Of a stretch of 32,000 nt of DNA, positions 1-8,462 are shown in pieces. This DNA comes from Pyrodictium abyssi (GTDB lineage: Archaea > Thermoproteota > Thermoprotei_A > Sulfolobales > Pyrodictiaceae): the NCBI RefSeq assembly GCF_036323395.1, contig NZ_AP028907.1, positions 660,001 to 692,000 on the forward strand. Reading direction: 5' to 3'. The translations under genes and the position numbers were made by a program. How positions within the stretch are numbered: position 1 is the first letter of the stretch; every line of letters begins with the position of its first letter. The notes under the pieces were generated by a model that made no database searches, was not told the origin of the DNA, and saw only the letters and a list, made by a program, of their open reading frames with translations.

Positions 1-509
1 TCCATGGTTATCTTCTCCGCAGCCGCCACCACGTCGTCGACGCTCCTCTTGGTCTCCTTGCCGTCGGTGAAGAGGAATATGGTGCCGTACTTCTCCGGCG
101 GCAGCGTCAGCTGGTTCACGTAGCGCTCCACCACGGAGGCGGCCGCCTCAAGCGCGTCGGCCATAGCGGTCATGCCGTAGGGCCGGTTCCTCTCGAGGCT
201 CTGGCGGAACACCTCCAGGGCAACGTTCCGGGGGGACACGGGGAAGTAGACGCGGCCATCCTGCTCGACTATCTCCACGTCGTCGCTGTACCAGACGAAG
301 CCAACCTGGAACGCGGGAGCCATCCTGCTGCGGCCGAGCCTCCGGAGAAGCATCTCCACGAGGTCTGCGAGGTGGAACCACTTCCCCCGGTAGTCGTAGG
401 TCTTGGGCTCCATCATGCTAAGGGAGCGGTCTAGGATGAAGACGACCAGGACTGTGTAGCTGAGCGGGCGCCTACGCAGCAGCTGCAGCGCGAAAGACCG
501 TGACACCAT
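1..509 (-). CDS. von Willebrand factor A (vWA) domain protein, C-terminus cut off by window edge
   Basis: Hand translation of the minus strand from ATG at 509-507 gives MVSRSFALQLLRRRPLSYTVLVVFILDRSLSMMEPK...RPYGMTAMADALEAA...TIFLFTDGKETK. The DxSxS, T and D spacing is that of a MIDAS motif. GGAGG lies 6 nt upstream of the ATG. The ORF is absent from the track because it has no stop within the window. Confidence 0.8.
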   Translation of the reverse strand, partial: MVSRSFALQLLRRRPLSYTVLVVFILDRSLSMMEPKTYDYRGKWFHLADLVEMLLRRLGRSRMAPAFQVGFVWYSDDVEIVEQDGRVYFPVSPRNVALEVFRQSLERNRPYGMTAMADALEAAASVVERYVNQLTLPPEKYGTIFLFTDGKETKRSVDDVVAAAEKITM

Positions 510-569
510 GACCAGCCTCCACGAGTTCTACGGGTGGGTGCTCCCGGGGCCGCGCGGGCAGCGCGAGGG

Positions 570-1376
570 CTAGGAGGCTTCCTCCCCGAGGCCTGTAGCC
601 TCGCCCTCTCCCCCCGCACGCTGTAGCAGTGTTACCACAGATATACTACCCGCTATATTAGCTACTACAAGACCCTTATCACTCGATACTACCAGCCGCG
701 CAACGTCGCCGCCGCCCACCGCGTCTAGGGCCTCGACTAGCCGGGCAAAGGCGTCGGAGAGGGCCCGGGCGAACACGACAGCCTCCTCCTCCTTGAGGCC
801 CTCAGAGTCCAGCACACTGCCCTTGGAGAGGTCTATCGCTACGCTGCGTAGCCTACCGGTTAGCCGCGCCCCGCCGCCCTGAGCCAGGTTCACGAGCTCG
901 AGGAGCTCGACGAAGTAGTCCCCTAGCTTGCCCCCGGGGACACGGGGCTGGAGGGTGGCGGGGAACACGCTCACCAGGGAGACTATGATACGGTTTATGA
1001 TGCGTGAGAGGGCTTCGCCCCCGTACTCCTCTATGAGCTTGCCCTCCGCCTCCGCCTCCAGGTAGAGGCGGCAGCCGCTCCCACGCGTGACCCCAGTAGC
1101 CCGGACCACGCCGTGCATGTCGCCGCGGAGGATGAACTCCACCCTGTCTATCCCGGCGCTCGTCTCCACCTCTACGCGCAGGCTGTCGTACTGAGAGGAC
1201 GCGAAGGTGAGCACTATTATCCCGCGGCGCTCGCCTTTGCCGGTGAGCCGCGCAGCCCCGGCCACGAAGGACGCTGGGTCGCGGGCGGCGAGCAGCCGTA
1301 TCACCCTATCGCAGGGAGCCGCTACGTCGAGGACAGCACTCCTCTTTACAGTGGCCAAGGCCTTGGAGCCCAACAA
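570..1376 (-). CDS. hypothetical two-domain protein: N-terminal SRPBCC/CoxG-like region, C-terminal Roadblock/LC7 (MglB-like) domain
   Basis: ORF track, 268 aa. TTG start with a TATA-like ATATTAATCCTATACA about 25-35 nt upstream on the minus strand. The C-terminal stretch EEAVVFARALSDAFARLVEALDAVGGGDVARLVVSSDKGLVVANIAGSISVVTLL fits the Roadblock/LC7 pattern. The N-terminal ...CRLYLEAEAEGKLIEEYGGEALSRIINRII resembles the end of CoxG/SRPBCC folds (weak, by eye). It sits 60 nt upstream of the vWA gene on the same strand. Confidence 0.6.
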   Translation of the reverse strand: MLGSKALATVKRSAVLDVAAPCDRVIRLLAARDPASFVAGAARLTGKGERRGIIVLTFASSQYDSLRVEVETSAGIDRVEFILRGDMHGVVRATGVTRGSGCRLYLEAEAEGKLIEEYGGEALSRIINRIIVSLVSVFPATLQPRVPGGKLGDYFVELLELVNLAQGGGARLTGRLRSVAIDLSKGSVLDSEGLKEEEAVVFARALSDAFARLVEALDAVGGGDVARLVVSSDKGLVVANIAGSISVVTLLQRAGGEGEATGLGEEAS

Positions 1377-1537
1377 ACCAATTCCCCATGTATAGGATTA
1401 ATATGTCTTGCCACAGGCCCCTGGCGCAGCCGCCCTCCCGGGAGAGCAGAGGAGGACGCGCCAAAGCCTGGATGGAGAGGCGCCACGCAGGGGAGAAAAC
1501 GGGGATACGCCACCATCTAGGCCGGGGTGCTAGCGCG

Positions 1538-3457
1538 CTACTTCTTCTTGCGCCTTACGCCTCCCTGGCGTGACAGCAGCATCAGCCCGCCCACCGCTAT
1601 CAACGCTATCACGAGCGCGGCCATAGCCGGGCGGCTGCCGAGCCGAGGCCCCTCCGCCGTGCCGGCCGCTGGCTGTGTAGCCGTAGCCGGTGCCCCCGCC
1701 GAAGCCGCAGTACGAGTGCCCGCCGCGCTAGCCGGTGCCGTCGCGTTACACTCGCCGGCGACTGTAACGGTTCTAGTTTTCTCAAGGGTCTCCGTCACAG
1801 TCACCTCCCTGGTGACAGTCACGGTCTTGACTAGCACCGGCGTCACTACCTTCTGCTCGGGCTTGAAGAACTTGGCTATTACGACGCCGGCGGCGACAAG
1901 GTTGTCTACGCGTATCTCCGATGTCGTCCTTCCCTCCTGGCCGCCGTAGTATATCGAGATGTAGGGGACTGCTCGTAGCCGGACTAGCGTACGGTCCTGG
2001 TCGCCCAGTAGCTCGAGGCACCCCTTCTCCGAGAGCCCCAGAGTAGCGCGGCCGCGTATACTCACGTTGGACTTTAGGGCGCCGTAGGCTATACCGTGGC
2101 AGGTTATCTCCAGGGGCTCGTCAAGCACTATCGTCGCTATGGTGGTGTTGCTGTCAACGTCCTTCAGGTCTATCACGTTCACCTCTAGCACGACGTTGCA
2201 GGGCACCTTGGTGTACTCTAGGGTCGCCTCGAAGGCTATGTCGTAGCGCCCTATGTTCAGCGACATTATGGACGGCACATCTATAGTGGTGCGGAACGAG
2301 GCTATAGGCTTACCGTCCATGCTTATCTCTACACGGGTGTAGATGGAGCCTATACCGGAGACCGCCTTAGCCAGCTGCGTGTATATGAGGTCAGCAGCGC
2401 TGAAGGCCATTACGAAGCCCTTCTCCGTGCCTATCACCAGCTGGGAGCCGTCCGGGCTAACAGCCATGTCCGTGATCGAGGCCAGCGTCACCCTGGTTAT
2501 GCCGAATAGCGCGAGGCTGCCACGGCTGTACTGGAAGAGGTACAGGTTACCGTTAGTGTCTGCTGCTATGAGGTAGCTTCCAACCACCGCTATAGAGGTG
2601 ACCATGGTGTCGAGGTTGTAGAACGAGAGAACCGTGCCGTCGCGGACGGATATCAGATAGAGCTTGGTCACGCCCTGCCCACGGTCAACAACCGCTGCCG
2701 CCGCTACCTCGCGGCCGAGCGCGAGATCCACCAGCTCGTCGCCTAGGTCCACCGTGGTCCAGACCGGCTTACCCGCGATAATCGATACCATTGCTACGTG
2801 GCCGTCGCGTGTCCCCACGAGTACACGCTCTGTGTCAGGAACCTGTATTATCTCGACGACCCCCTCGTAGGGCTTGCCGTCGCTCCCCGCTAGGGTTATC
2901 TTGTCCACTTGGCGGAGCTCCATAGCGCCGGTTACTCCCTTCATCCACTCGTAGACGTAGAGCCGCGCCTCACGAGACTCGCCCGCCACTAGGAACCGGG
3001 AGGTCGCCCATCCCGTGCTCACGAGGTCGCCCTGCAGGCTACTAGTACGCGTCACCTCCTTGCCGGACGTGGTGTCGAGCACGTAGACGTAGTGCCATAT
3101 CTGCCCAGCGACTACAGCCACGAGCCGGTCGTCCGGCGAGAACGCTGCATCGTAGACAGGCTCGCCTATAGCTAGCCCCCACTTCTTGCCCCCATCCGGG
3201 TCCACCAGCATGGCGCCGCCAACCGTACCTATTAGCAGGTACTTACCGGACTCGCTCCACACAAGCCTGGTAACACCGTAGTCCAGGGCGAGATTCCATA
3301 GCGGCTTTAGCTCGCCGACAACAAGCTCGCCCTCCTGCCCCGCCGCCTTACCGTCCTCGGCCAGCACTGTGGACGACAATACTGGCAGCAAAACCACCGC
3401 CAATAGTACGATAGCAGCTACTACAGAGGAACTAGCCAGCCTAGAAACCAGCGTCAT
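1538..3457 (-). CDS. membrane-anchored extracellular beta-propeller (PQQ/WD40-like repeat) surface protein
   Basis: ORF track, 639 aa. ATG start preceded by GGAGGGAGTGATAGAGG. N-terminal hydrophobic signal or anchor (SSVVAAIVLLAVVLLPVLSSTVLA). Repeated beta-strand/DG units (for example LLIGTVGGAMLVDPDG, VLVGTRDGHVAMV, LIAADTNGNLYLF, LVIGTEKGFVMAF). Thr/Val stalk (TVTVTREVTVTETLEKTRTVTV), Ala/Thr-rich linker, C-terminal TM helix and RRKKK tail. Confidence 0.75.
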   Translation of the reverse strand: MTLVSRLASSSVVAAIVLLAVVLLPVLSSTVLAEDGKAAGQEGELVVGELKPLWNLALDYGVTRLVWSESGKYLLIGTVGGAMLVDPDGGKKWGLAIGEPVYDAAFSPDDRLVAVVAGQIWHYVYVLDTTSGKEVTRTSSLQGDLVSTGWATSRFLVAGESREARLYVYEWMKGVTGAMELRQVDKITLAGSDGKPYEGVVEIIQVPDTERVLVGTRDGHVAMVSIIAGKPVWTTVDLGDELVDLALGREVAAAAVVDRGQGVTKLYLISVRDGTVLSFYNLDTMVTSIAVVGSYLIAADTNGNLYLFQYSRGSLALFGITRVTLASITDMAVSPDGSQLVIGTEKGFVMAFSAADLIYTQLAKAVSGIGSIYTRVEISMDGKPIASFRTTIDVPSIMSLNIGRYDIAFEATLEYTKVPCNVVLEVNVIDLKDVDSNTTIATIVLDEPLEITCHGIAYGALKSNVSIRGRATLGLSEKGCLELLGDQDRTLVRLRAVPYISIYYGGQEGRTTSEIRVDNLVAAGVVIAKFFKPEQKVVTPVLVKTVTVTREVTVTETLEKTRTVTVAGECNATAPASAAGTRTAASAGAPATATQPAAGTAEGPRLGSRPAMAALVIALIAVGGLMLLSRQGGVRRKKK

Positions 3458-3727
3458 CCTCTATCACTCCCTCCGGTAAAAACCACACGCAGGGTCAGAC
3501 AGACTAAAAGCCTAGCCTATTCAATACCAGAGCACTGTAAAATACACCAGTGATACCCAGATAGCACCTAGACTCGGGAGCAATAGCCTAGAATAGCCGC
3601 AATCCAGTGAGCCAGAGCAAGCCCCCGAGAGGGAACCCCGTAGAGCCGCACAGCAACGAATCCTATGGAGGCCTGTAGCTAGGGCTCGGACAGTTATCTA
3701 AGGGGCAAAGAGTGCTAGTGCAAGATG

Positions 3728-3741
3728 TTTAAATTTAAAAA
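3728..3741 (-). terminator. candidate oligo-T archaeal terminator within the perfect palindrome TTTAAATTTAAA
   Basis: The minus strand reads CTTTTTAAATTTAAAC about 50 nt downstream of the stop at 3791. TTTAAATTTAAA (3728-3739) is its own reverse complement. Archaeal termination commonly uses T-runs. Confidence 0.3.
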
Positions 3742-3790
3742 GAGGTGCCCGGGGCTTAGGGGCCGCCGCCCCAGCGAGGGGCTACGCCCG

Positions 3791-4303
3791 CTAGGAGACG
3801 CTGAGTATCTTGAAGTGTAGTATTAGTGGCACGTTGTCGAACAGTAGGCCCTCCGGTAGCTCGAATCTTACTTCTGCGCTGAGGTTGTACCAGTCGTTGA
3901 CCCACTCGTCGTTGTCTATTACTATTATCTTCTTAGGGTCGTCTAGTGTTAGCACTGCCTTTATCTCCTTGTTAGTGCCCTTCTTGTAGAGTATCAGTGT
4001 TAGGTACTTGAAGTACTGGCGTAGCTGTGGGACGTTGTCTATCCATACGGCAAGCTTGGTCACGTTAACCTGTGTATACCGCTTTATTGCTACTACATTA
4101 GTCTGTGTATCCATGCCCTGTGCGCCAGCCGCGGCGTTTATGTCTATTACCTTAGTGGGGTTGAGTATGTCTACGGGCTCGCTTACTGCCTGGGCCTCGC
4201 CGGTGGCGTAGAAGCTGTTCATTTGGCTCTGAGTGGTGGCGAAGCCCGCTAGGAGGGCGAGGGCGGCAGCCCCTGCGACCAGGGCAGCCATTGCGAGGAC
4301 CAT
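3791..4303 (-). CDS. small secreted/anchored protein, paralog of 6806..7417; possible TasA/camelysin-like (SipW-type signal) jelly-roll subunit
   Basis: The ORF track gives 3791..4399. I prefer the internal ATG at 4303 (MVLAMAALVAGAAALALLAGFATTQSQMNSFYATGE...), which puts the signal peptide at the N-terminus. CTATATAC lies about 47 nt upstream of that ATG. A TTATAAAC box sits too close to the 4399 ATG for that codon to be transcribed. The shared block with 6806..7417 is described in findings. Confidence 0.7.
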   Translation of the reverse strand: MVLAMAALVAGAAALALLAGFATTQSQMNSFYATGEAQAVSEPVDILNPTKVIDINAAAGAQGMDTQTNVVAIKRYTQVNVTKLAVWIDNVPQLRQYFKYLTLILYKKGTNKEIKAVLTLDDPKKIIVIDNDEWVNDWYNLSAEVRFELPEGLLFDNVPLILHFKILSVS

Positions 4304-4530
4304 TTCGCGGCCATATATCACGGTATACACCCTCCCGGCTCTGCATGTATATAGCGCTAGATGGCTTAAGTAATAATAGCAGTTTCTACCACGTACCATG
4401 ATTGGAAATGTTTATAACTAGCTGTACGCGGGGGTGAAGATAGTATAGTGTGCTTCAGTGTTATCTCCTAGGGGTGAATGCGCTAAAAGAAGGCATGTAG
4501 TTCTGTTTTCTCTCCGTCTTACGGTTCAGC

Positions 4531-5115
4531 CTATGCGATTTCCCCGGTGTCGTATACGGTGAGTAGTGCCTCCTTATGGGATAGTAGTGTTCCGAGGATG
4601 TTCTCGGCCTGGCTGGAGCTTAGGGGCTTACCGAGCTGCGCTGCTGCCACTATTCTGCCGCTGCGTACTGCGAGGAAGTAGTCGCTATCAGGCAGCGTTA
4701 CCCTGAGGAGCACGGAGCGGGCGCGGAGCTTGCCGTAGTCGAAGCCCGTGGGGTGGCCGCGATAGATCACTGGGGCCTGGATCACGTTGTTCATCACGTA
4801 GCTGATGTCTGCTAGCTGTTCTGAGAGCCTCTTGTTCCAGGAGCCATGGTCTATCCAGAGCCTCGGGGCCGGGCTCGCCGGTGCCCTGGACTCCTCTCTC
4901 CGGGGCCCAGCCGGTCCTCTGCGTAGGAGCTTCAGCATGTTGTCCCCTGTGCGGGCTACGGTTAGGCCGCGGGCGCGGGCCCAGGCCTCTATGAGGGGCT
5001 CGGCCTCAGGGTCTACCGCTACTAGTAGCTCGCTTAGCTTCTCGATGCTGTCCTCTATCTCGCGGTAGGGTATGAAGCCCCGGTACCCGCGTAGGTCGAG
5101 CTGCGGGCCCGCCAT
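4531..5115 (-). CDS. hypothetical cytoplasmic protein with a C-terminal DUF4388-like module
   Basis: ORF track, 194 aa. The ATG at 5115 is 1 nt from the stop (5117) of the upstream gene, suggesting translational coupling. The C-terminal segment is SDYFLAVRSGRIVAAAQLGKPLSSSQAENILGTLLSHKEALLTVYD. Confidence 0.65.
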   Translation of the reverse strand: MAGPQLDLRGYRGFIPYREIEDSIEKLSELLVAVDPEAEPLIEAWARARGLTVARTGDNMLKLLRRGPAGPRREESRAPASPAPRLWIDHGSWNKRLSEQLADISYVMNNVIQAPVIYRGHPTGFDYGKLRARSVLLRVTLPDSDYFLAVRSGRIVAAAQLGKPLSSSQAENILGTLLSHKEALLTVYDTGEIA

Positions 5116-5116
5116 G

Positions 5117-6631
5117 CTAGCTCACCTCTCTTGCCAGCTGTGCTGCCTCCTCGAGCACGGTCTTGACCTGGTCCCGGCCCTCTACTACGGGGCCGTAGCG
5201 GGGCGCGATTCTCTCGATGTCGAGGCTGCGCACCTCCTCGACCCACCTGGCTATCGCTGTGTGCCTAAGCGTGCTCGAGAGGTATGCACGGAGGGCGTCG
5301 CGGAGCAGCCTCCTGTCCGCGTACCAGACCCCGGGCGGGGTGAGGAACCCGAGGACAGGGCCGGTGAAGAGTGTCTTCGACACCGGGTCGTAGACCGTGA
5401 GCATGCCGCCGCAGCTGCCGGCGGGTATGATGCGTAGCTCGCTGCGGCCTAGCCTGGCGCGGCTACCGCTGAGCGGCACCGTCGCCACCCTGTCGGGCTG
5501 CTCGAGGAGGGCTGCTAGCTGGGCCCAGCTGTAGGGCGGTGCTAGCACCTCCGCGGGGGACTCGGAGGCGAGCCTGGAGAGGAGGGGCTGCGTCACAGCG
5601 CTCGCGTCGCCCACGACGACGATGCGTATCTGCTCCATGTCTCCTACTAGGCCGCGTATCATCTGGCCCCAGTCCGGCGGCCCCGTGGGGTCTATGACGG
5701 CATACTCGTAGCCGCTGCCTACTATGTAGGTGTTGAGCGCCAGGCCGCCATACTCTGGGCGGCCGCCGGGCCACAGCCTGTAGACGGCGTGGCCGCCGTC
5801 CTCGTAGACCGGCTGGGGCGCGTTCACCCTGGCGCCGCGTGGGGCGCCATCGAGGGCCCAGGCTAGTACGCGTACGCGGTGGCTCGGCGGCCTCTGGGCT
5901 ACCCGTAGAGCCTCCTCGCCCTTCGCGCGCCGGCCGTCCATCTCGGCGTAGACGCCGGTTATCCTGCGGCCACGTATGACGAGGCGGGCGAGGTAGTGGT
6001 ATTCGCGCAGCATACCGTGTATCTCGACGACGTACTCGCCGGGCCCGAGGGCTGCTACCACCCGGTAGGCCGCCTCAGTGAGCACGTCCCTCACGGGGGT
6101 GAAGCTGTCGTAGAAGACGAGGGGCGCGTCGTGAACCCCCTCGGCAGCTAGCTCGTTGTCCGAGCCCGTTATACCGGCCTCGGGCCGGGCCCCCTCCACC
6201 ACCTCGGCTATAGCGTCCCTTATCCCCTTGACGAGCATGCCCGTGGCTGGTGAGAGCTTGCCGCCCCCGCCGCCGCTCACTATGACGTGGACTCCTTCGC
6301 CCACGTTTACGACGCTTATCACCAAGACGAGGGAGTCTATGCCGCGGCCGAGGAGGAGTACCAGGGCGTTCTCGAGGCGGTAGAGCCTCATGTCCAGCCT
6401 CATTACCCTTGCTCCAAGCTTGAACAGACCTAGGCGGCGGGGTACACGGAGCACAACGTAGCCGTCGCCTACCTCTTCTACGCCCTCGACCCTGGAGAGT
6501 ATGCGGTTAAAGTCCCGTAGAAGCGAGTGCACGCTCTCAGCGTCCAGTGGTATGACAAGCGGCTCTACCTGGCTACCGCCGCCTAGTAGTCTCGCTAGCG
6601 CTTCACCTCTGCTCGACAAGGGCATCAACAC
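5117..6631 (-). CDS. hypothetical multidomain protein: SRPBCC-like N-terminus, DUF4388-like middle module, C-terminal flavodiiron/MBL-like domain lacking metal ligands
   Basis: ORF track, 504 aa. GTG at 6631; an ATG at 6625 with GGAG 7 nt upstream is the likelier start. The middle module is YHYLARLVIRGRRITGVYAEMDGRRAKGEEALRV. The C-terminal half follows the MBL/FDP strand order (LNTYIVGSGYEYAVIDPTG...IRIVVVGDASAV...RIIPAGSCGGMLTVYDPVSKTLFTGPVLGF...IERIAPRYGPVV), but the HxHxDH-type and later His positions are substituted. Confidence 0.65.
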   Translation of the reverse strand: MLMPLSSRGEALARLLGGGSQVEPLVIPLDAESVHSLLRDFNRILSRVEGVEEVGDGYVVLRVPRRLGLFKLGARVMRLDMRLYRLENALVLLLGRGIDSLVLVISVVNVGEGVHVIVSGGGGGKLSPATGMLVKGIRDAIAEVVEGARPEAGITGSDNELAAEGVHDAPLVFYDSFTPVRDVLTEAAYRVVAALGPGEYVVEIHGMLREYHYLARLVIRGRRITGVYAEMDGRRAKGEEALRVAQRPPSHRVRVLAWALDGAPRGARVNAPQPVYEDGGHAVYRLWPGGRPEYGGLALNTYIVGSGYEYAVIDPTGPPDWGQMIRGLVGDMEQIRIVVVGDASAVTQPLLSRLASESPAEVLAPPYSWAQLAALLEQPDRVATVPLSGSRARLGRSELRIIPAGSCGGMLTVYDPVSKTLFTGPVLGFLTPPGVWYADRRLLRDALRAYLSSTLRHTAIARWVEEVRSLDIERIAPRYGPVVEGRDQVKTVLEEAAQLAREVS

Positions 6632-6805
6632 TCCATAGCCGTTGTCTAGCCTATGATACCGCTCTAACCACGAGCCTCGCTTATAGACCCTCCCAGTATC
6701 ACCCTTATAAGCCGCTATACCAGGTAGCGCATAGACCAGCTAGTGTTACCGTAGCTGTACGCCACACTGCACGCTAGCAGCCAGGCCAGCCAGAGGCGCT
6801 GGGCC

Positions 6806-7417
6806 CTAGGGGGCTCTCATGGCTTCCTGCTGCTCCACGGATGACTCGAACAGGCTGGACGCGTTCACAGCAACCACGATCGGTATCATGCCGTCCGGCG
6901 GCCTCATGTGGATCTTGCCTAGCCTATACTCCACTTCTATATCTATGTGGCTTAGACTACCCGGCTCGCACGAGATATCTATCCTAACGCGAGGATGCAG
7001 CAGGTCAAGGAGCCCCAGCTGCTCTCCCCCAGCATCCCGTAGGACCAGCTTCAGGCTGTCGACCTGCTGGCGTAGCCTCTCAGCGTTAACCAGCCACACG
7101 TCGATGACTAGCCTGCTCTTGTTCCCCCGCGTACAGGCTACCGTCAACCACTCGCGTATGCTCCCAGCGCCCTCGGGCCCGCGGGTAGGTACGTGTATGC
7201 CAGGCTTAGCAGCTATAACCAGCCCGGAACCGCTATACTTATTATTGTAGACCGTGGTCGATATGACGAAGTCTATTTCTGCTCCACTCGCAGCTGAGCC
7301 CCCAGCGAGGGCGAGGGCAGCAGCCGAGGCAACCAGCACCACCAGGGCTAGGGCCGCGGTGACCCACCGCGGCCCCTCTTCACCCCCCTCCACGGGCCAT
7401 ATGTGGTTCTTAGCCAC
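6806..7417 (-). CDS. small secreted/anchored protein, paralog of 3791..4303
   Basis: The ORF track gives 6806..7480 (TTG). The GTG at 7417 is preceded by AAGGAGGACGAGAAGAC (strong SD-like) and leaves 17 aa before the TM/signal segment WVTAALALVVLVASAAALALAGG. The alternative TTG at 7480 lies about 40 nt downstream of GTTATAAAC, so the start is uncertain. Confidence 0.65.
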   Translation of the reverse strand: MAKNHIWPVEGGEEGPRWVTAALALVVLVASAAALALAGGSAASGAEIDFVISTTVYNNKYSGSGLVIAAKPGIHVPTRGPEGAGSIREWLTVACTRGNKSRLVIDVWLVNAERLRQQVDSLKLVLRDAGGEQLGLLDLLHPRVRIDISCEPGSLSHIDIEVEYRLGKIHMRPPDGMIPIVVAVNASSLFESSVEQQEAMRAP

Positions 7418-7606
7418 GTCTTCTCGTCCTCCTTGAGGGCGGGCCCTTCTAGTCCCACTCGCCGCCCAGCTATTTATCAAAGCTGGCTAGTAGGCTGTCC
7501 CTGCAAGGCTGCGCACCGTTTATAACCATGCCTTGTATATATCAGTGTTGCTTCTAGACTGTCGTGCCCTGTCTTATAGCGGTGCTGGGTCAGAGAAGGC
7601 TAAACT

Positions 7607-7616
7607 GTTTTAAAGG
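7607..7616 (+). promoter_or_regulatory. TATA-like box (GTTTTAAAGG) for the 7652 gene
   Basis: AT-rich box about 40 nt upstream of the TTG start at 7652, within a 171-bp divergent intergenic region. The spacing matches the boxes at 10918 and 4350. Confidence 0.35.
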
Positions 7617-7651
7617 CTGATGCTTAGCGTTATCTGCCTCGCGGGGCTAGC

Positions 7652-8461
7652 TTGGCCGCTCTCGCGGAGAAACGTACCCAGTTCGGGACCCCCGAGGAGA
7701 TACTGACGGGGCTGATAGCGCTAGCGTCCTCGACTGATGGCATAGACATAGTGGTGGCAGCGCACGAGGGCTTCACCTACGCTGTTAACGCTAGGAACCC
7801 CGAGTACGAGATACTGGCTGACGAGCTCGCCGCGCTTGCTTCTGCTTATCTCCAGGCTATACGCCAGCGTATCCCGGGCGGCGAGGTATATGCGCGGGTT
7901 GTGATGGGCGAGTACGAGGGCAAGGCCATCCTCGTGGCCGATGTCGGCGAGGGGTTCACGTTCCTGGCTATGGGCGAGTACGCTGGGGTCAAGGCTATAT
8001 TCGATCCCGTCCTCAGGGTGATCGAGGGTAAGCCGTTCAAGTGCCCTGCATGCGGAGTCGTGCTAGACATATACGCGGGCCGCTGCCCGGGCTGCGGCCG
8101 CCTAGTGCCTATAACCCAGCCCACGTGCCCCTTCTGCGGCTACACCGTGTCTTCAAGGCCGTGCCCTAACTGCGGCAAGATGCTCAGCCTCTCCGTGTCC
8201 CGTGTAGAGCTCGCCAGGCCCGGCGGAGAGGCTGAGGAGGAGCAGGTGGAGGGCGCCGAGGAGGTGGCTGTGGTGAGGGTGGAGCCGCCGCCGCGGGTAC
8301 GGGCTGCGAGGAGGCTGCTAAAGGTGGTTATCGGCTCTGCCGTGGCGGGGATATACTTCGTGTCCACCTACATACTGGGCGTGAGCCCCGCAACCGCCAT
8401 AGTGGCTGGGCTAGTGCCTCTCGCTACCGTGTTCGCGCTGCTGCTCAGCGAGCCCGGGTAG
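7652..8461 (+). CDS. Roadblock/LC7-like domain, double zinc-ribbon and C-terminal 2-TM anchor protein
   Basis: ORF track, 269 aa, TTG start. The N-terminal roughly 120 aa fit the Roadblock pattern (GIDIVVAAHEGFTYAVNARNPEYEILADELAALASAYLQ...GKAILVADVGEGFTFLAMG). Four CxxC pairs follow (CPAC-x9-CPGC, then CPFC-x8-CPNC). An acidic linker leads to the hydrophobic C-terminus LLKVVIGSAVAGIYFVSTYILGVSPATAIVAGLVPLATVFALLL. Confidence 0.7.
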   Translation: MAALAEKRTQFGTPEEILTGLIALASSTDGIDIVVAAHEGFTYAVNARNPEYEILADELAALASAYLQAIRQRIPGGEVYARVVMGEYEGKAILVADVGEGFTFLAMGEYAGVKAIFDPVLRVIEGKPFKCPACGVVLDIYAGRCPGCGRLVPITQPTCPFCGYTVSSRPCPNCGKMLSLSVSRVELARPGGEAEEEQVEGAEEVAVVRVEPPPRVRAARRLLKVVIGSAVAGIYFVSTYILGVSPATAIVAGLVPLATVFALLLSEPG

Positions 8462-8462
8462 C

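Noticed and set aside
148-619. ORFs 148..381 (-) and 431..619 (-), both Arg/Pro-rich
   Set aside because: They are alternative frames over the vWA gene and the 268-aa gene's 3' end. Their composition (R/P/G/A-dominated) is typical of off-frame ORFs in high-GC DNA. The vWA frame has clear MIDAS motifs.
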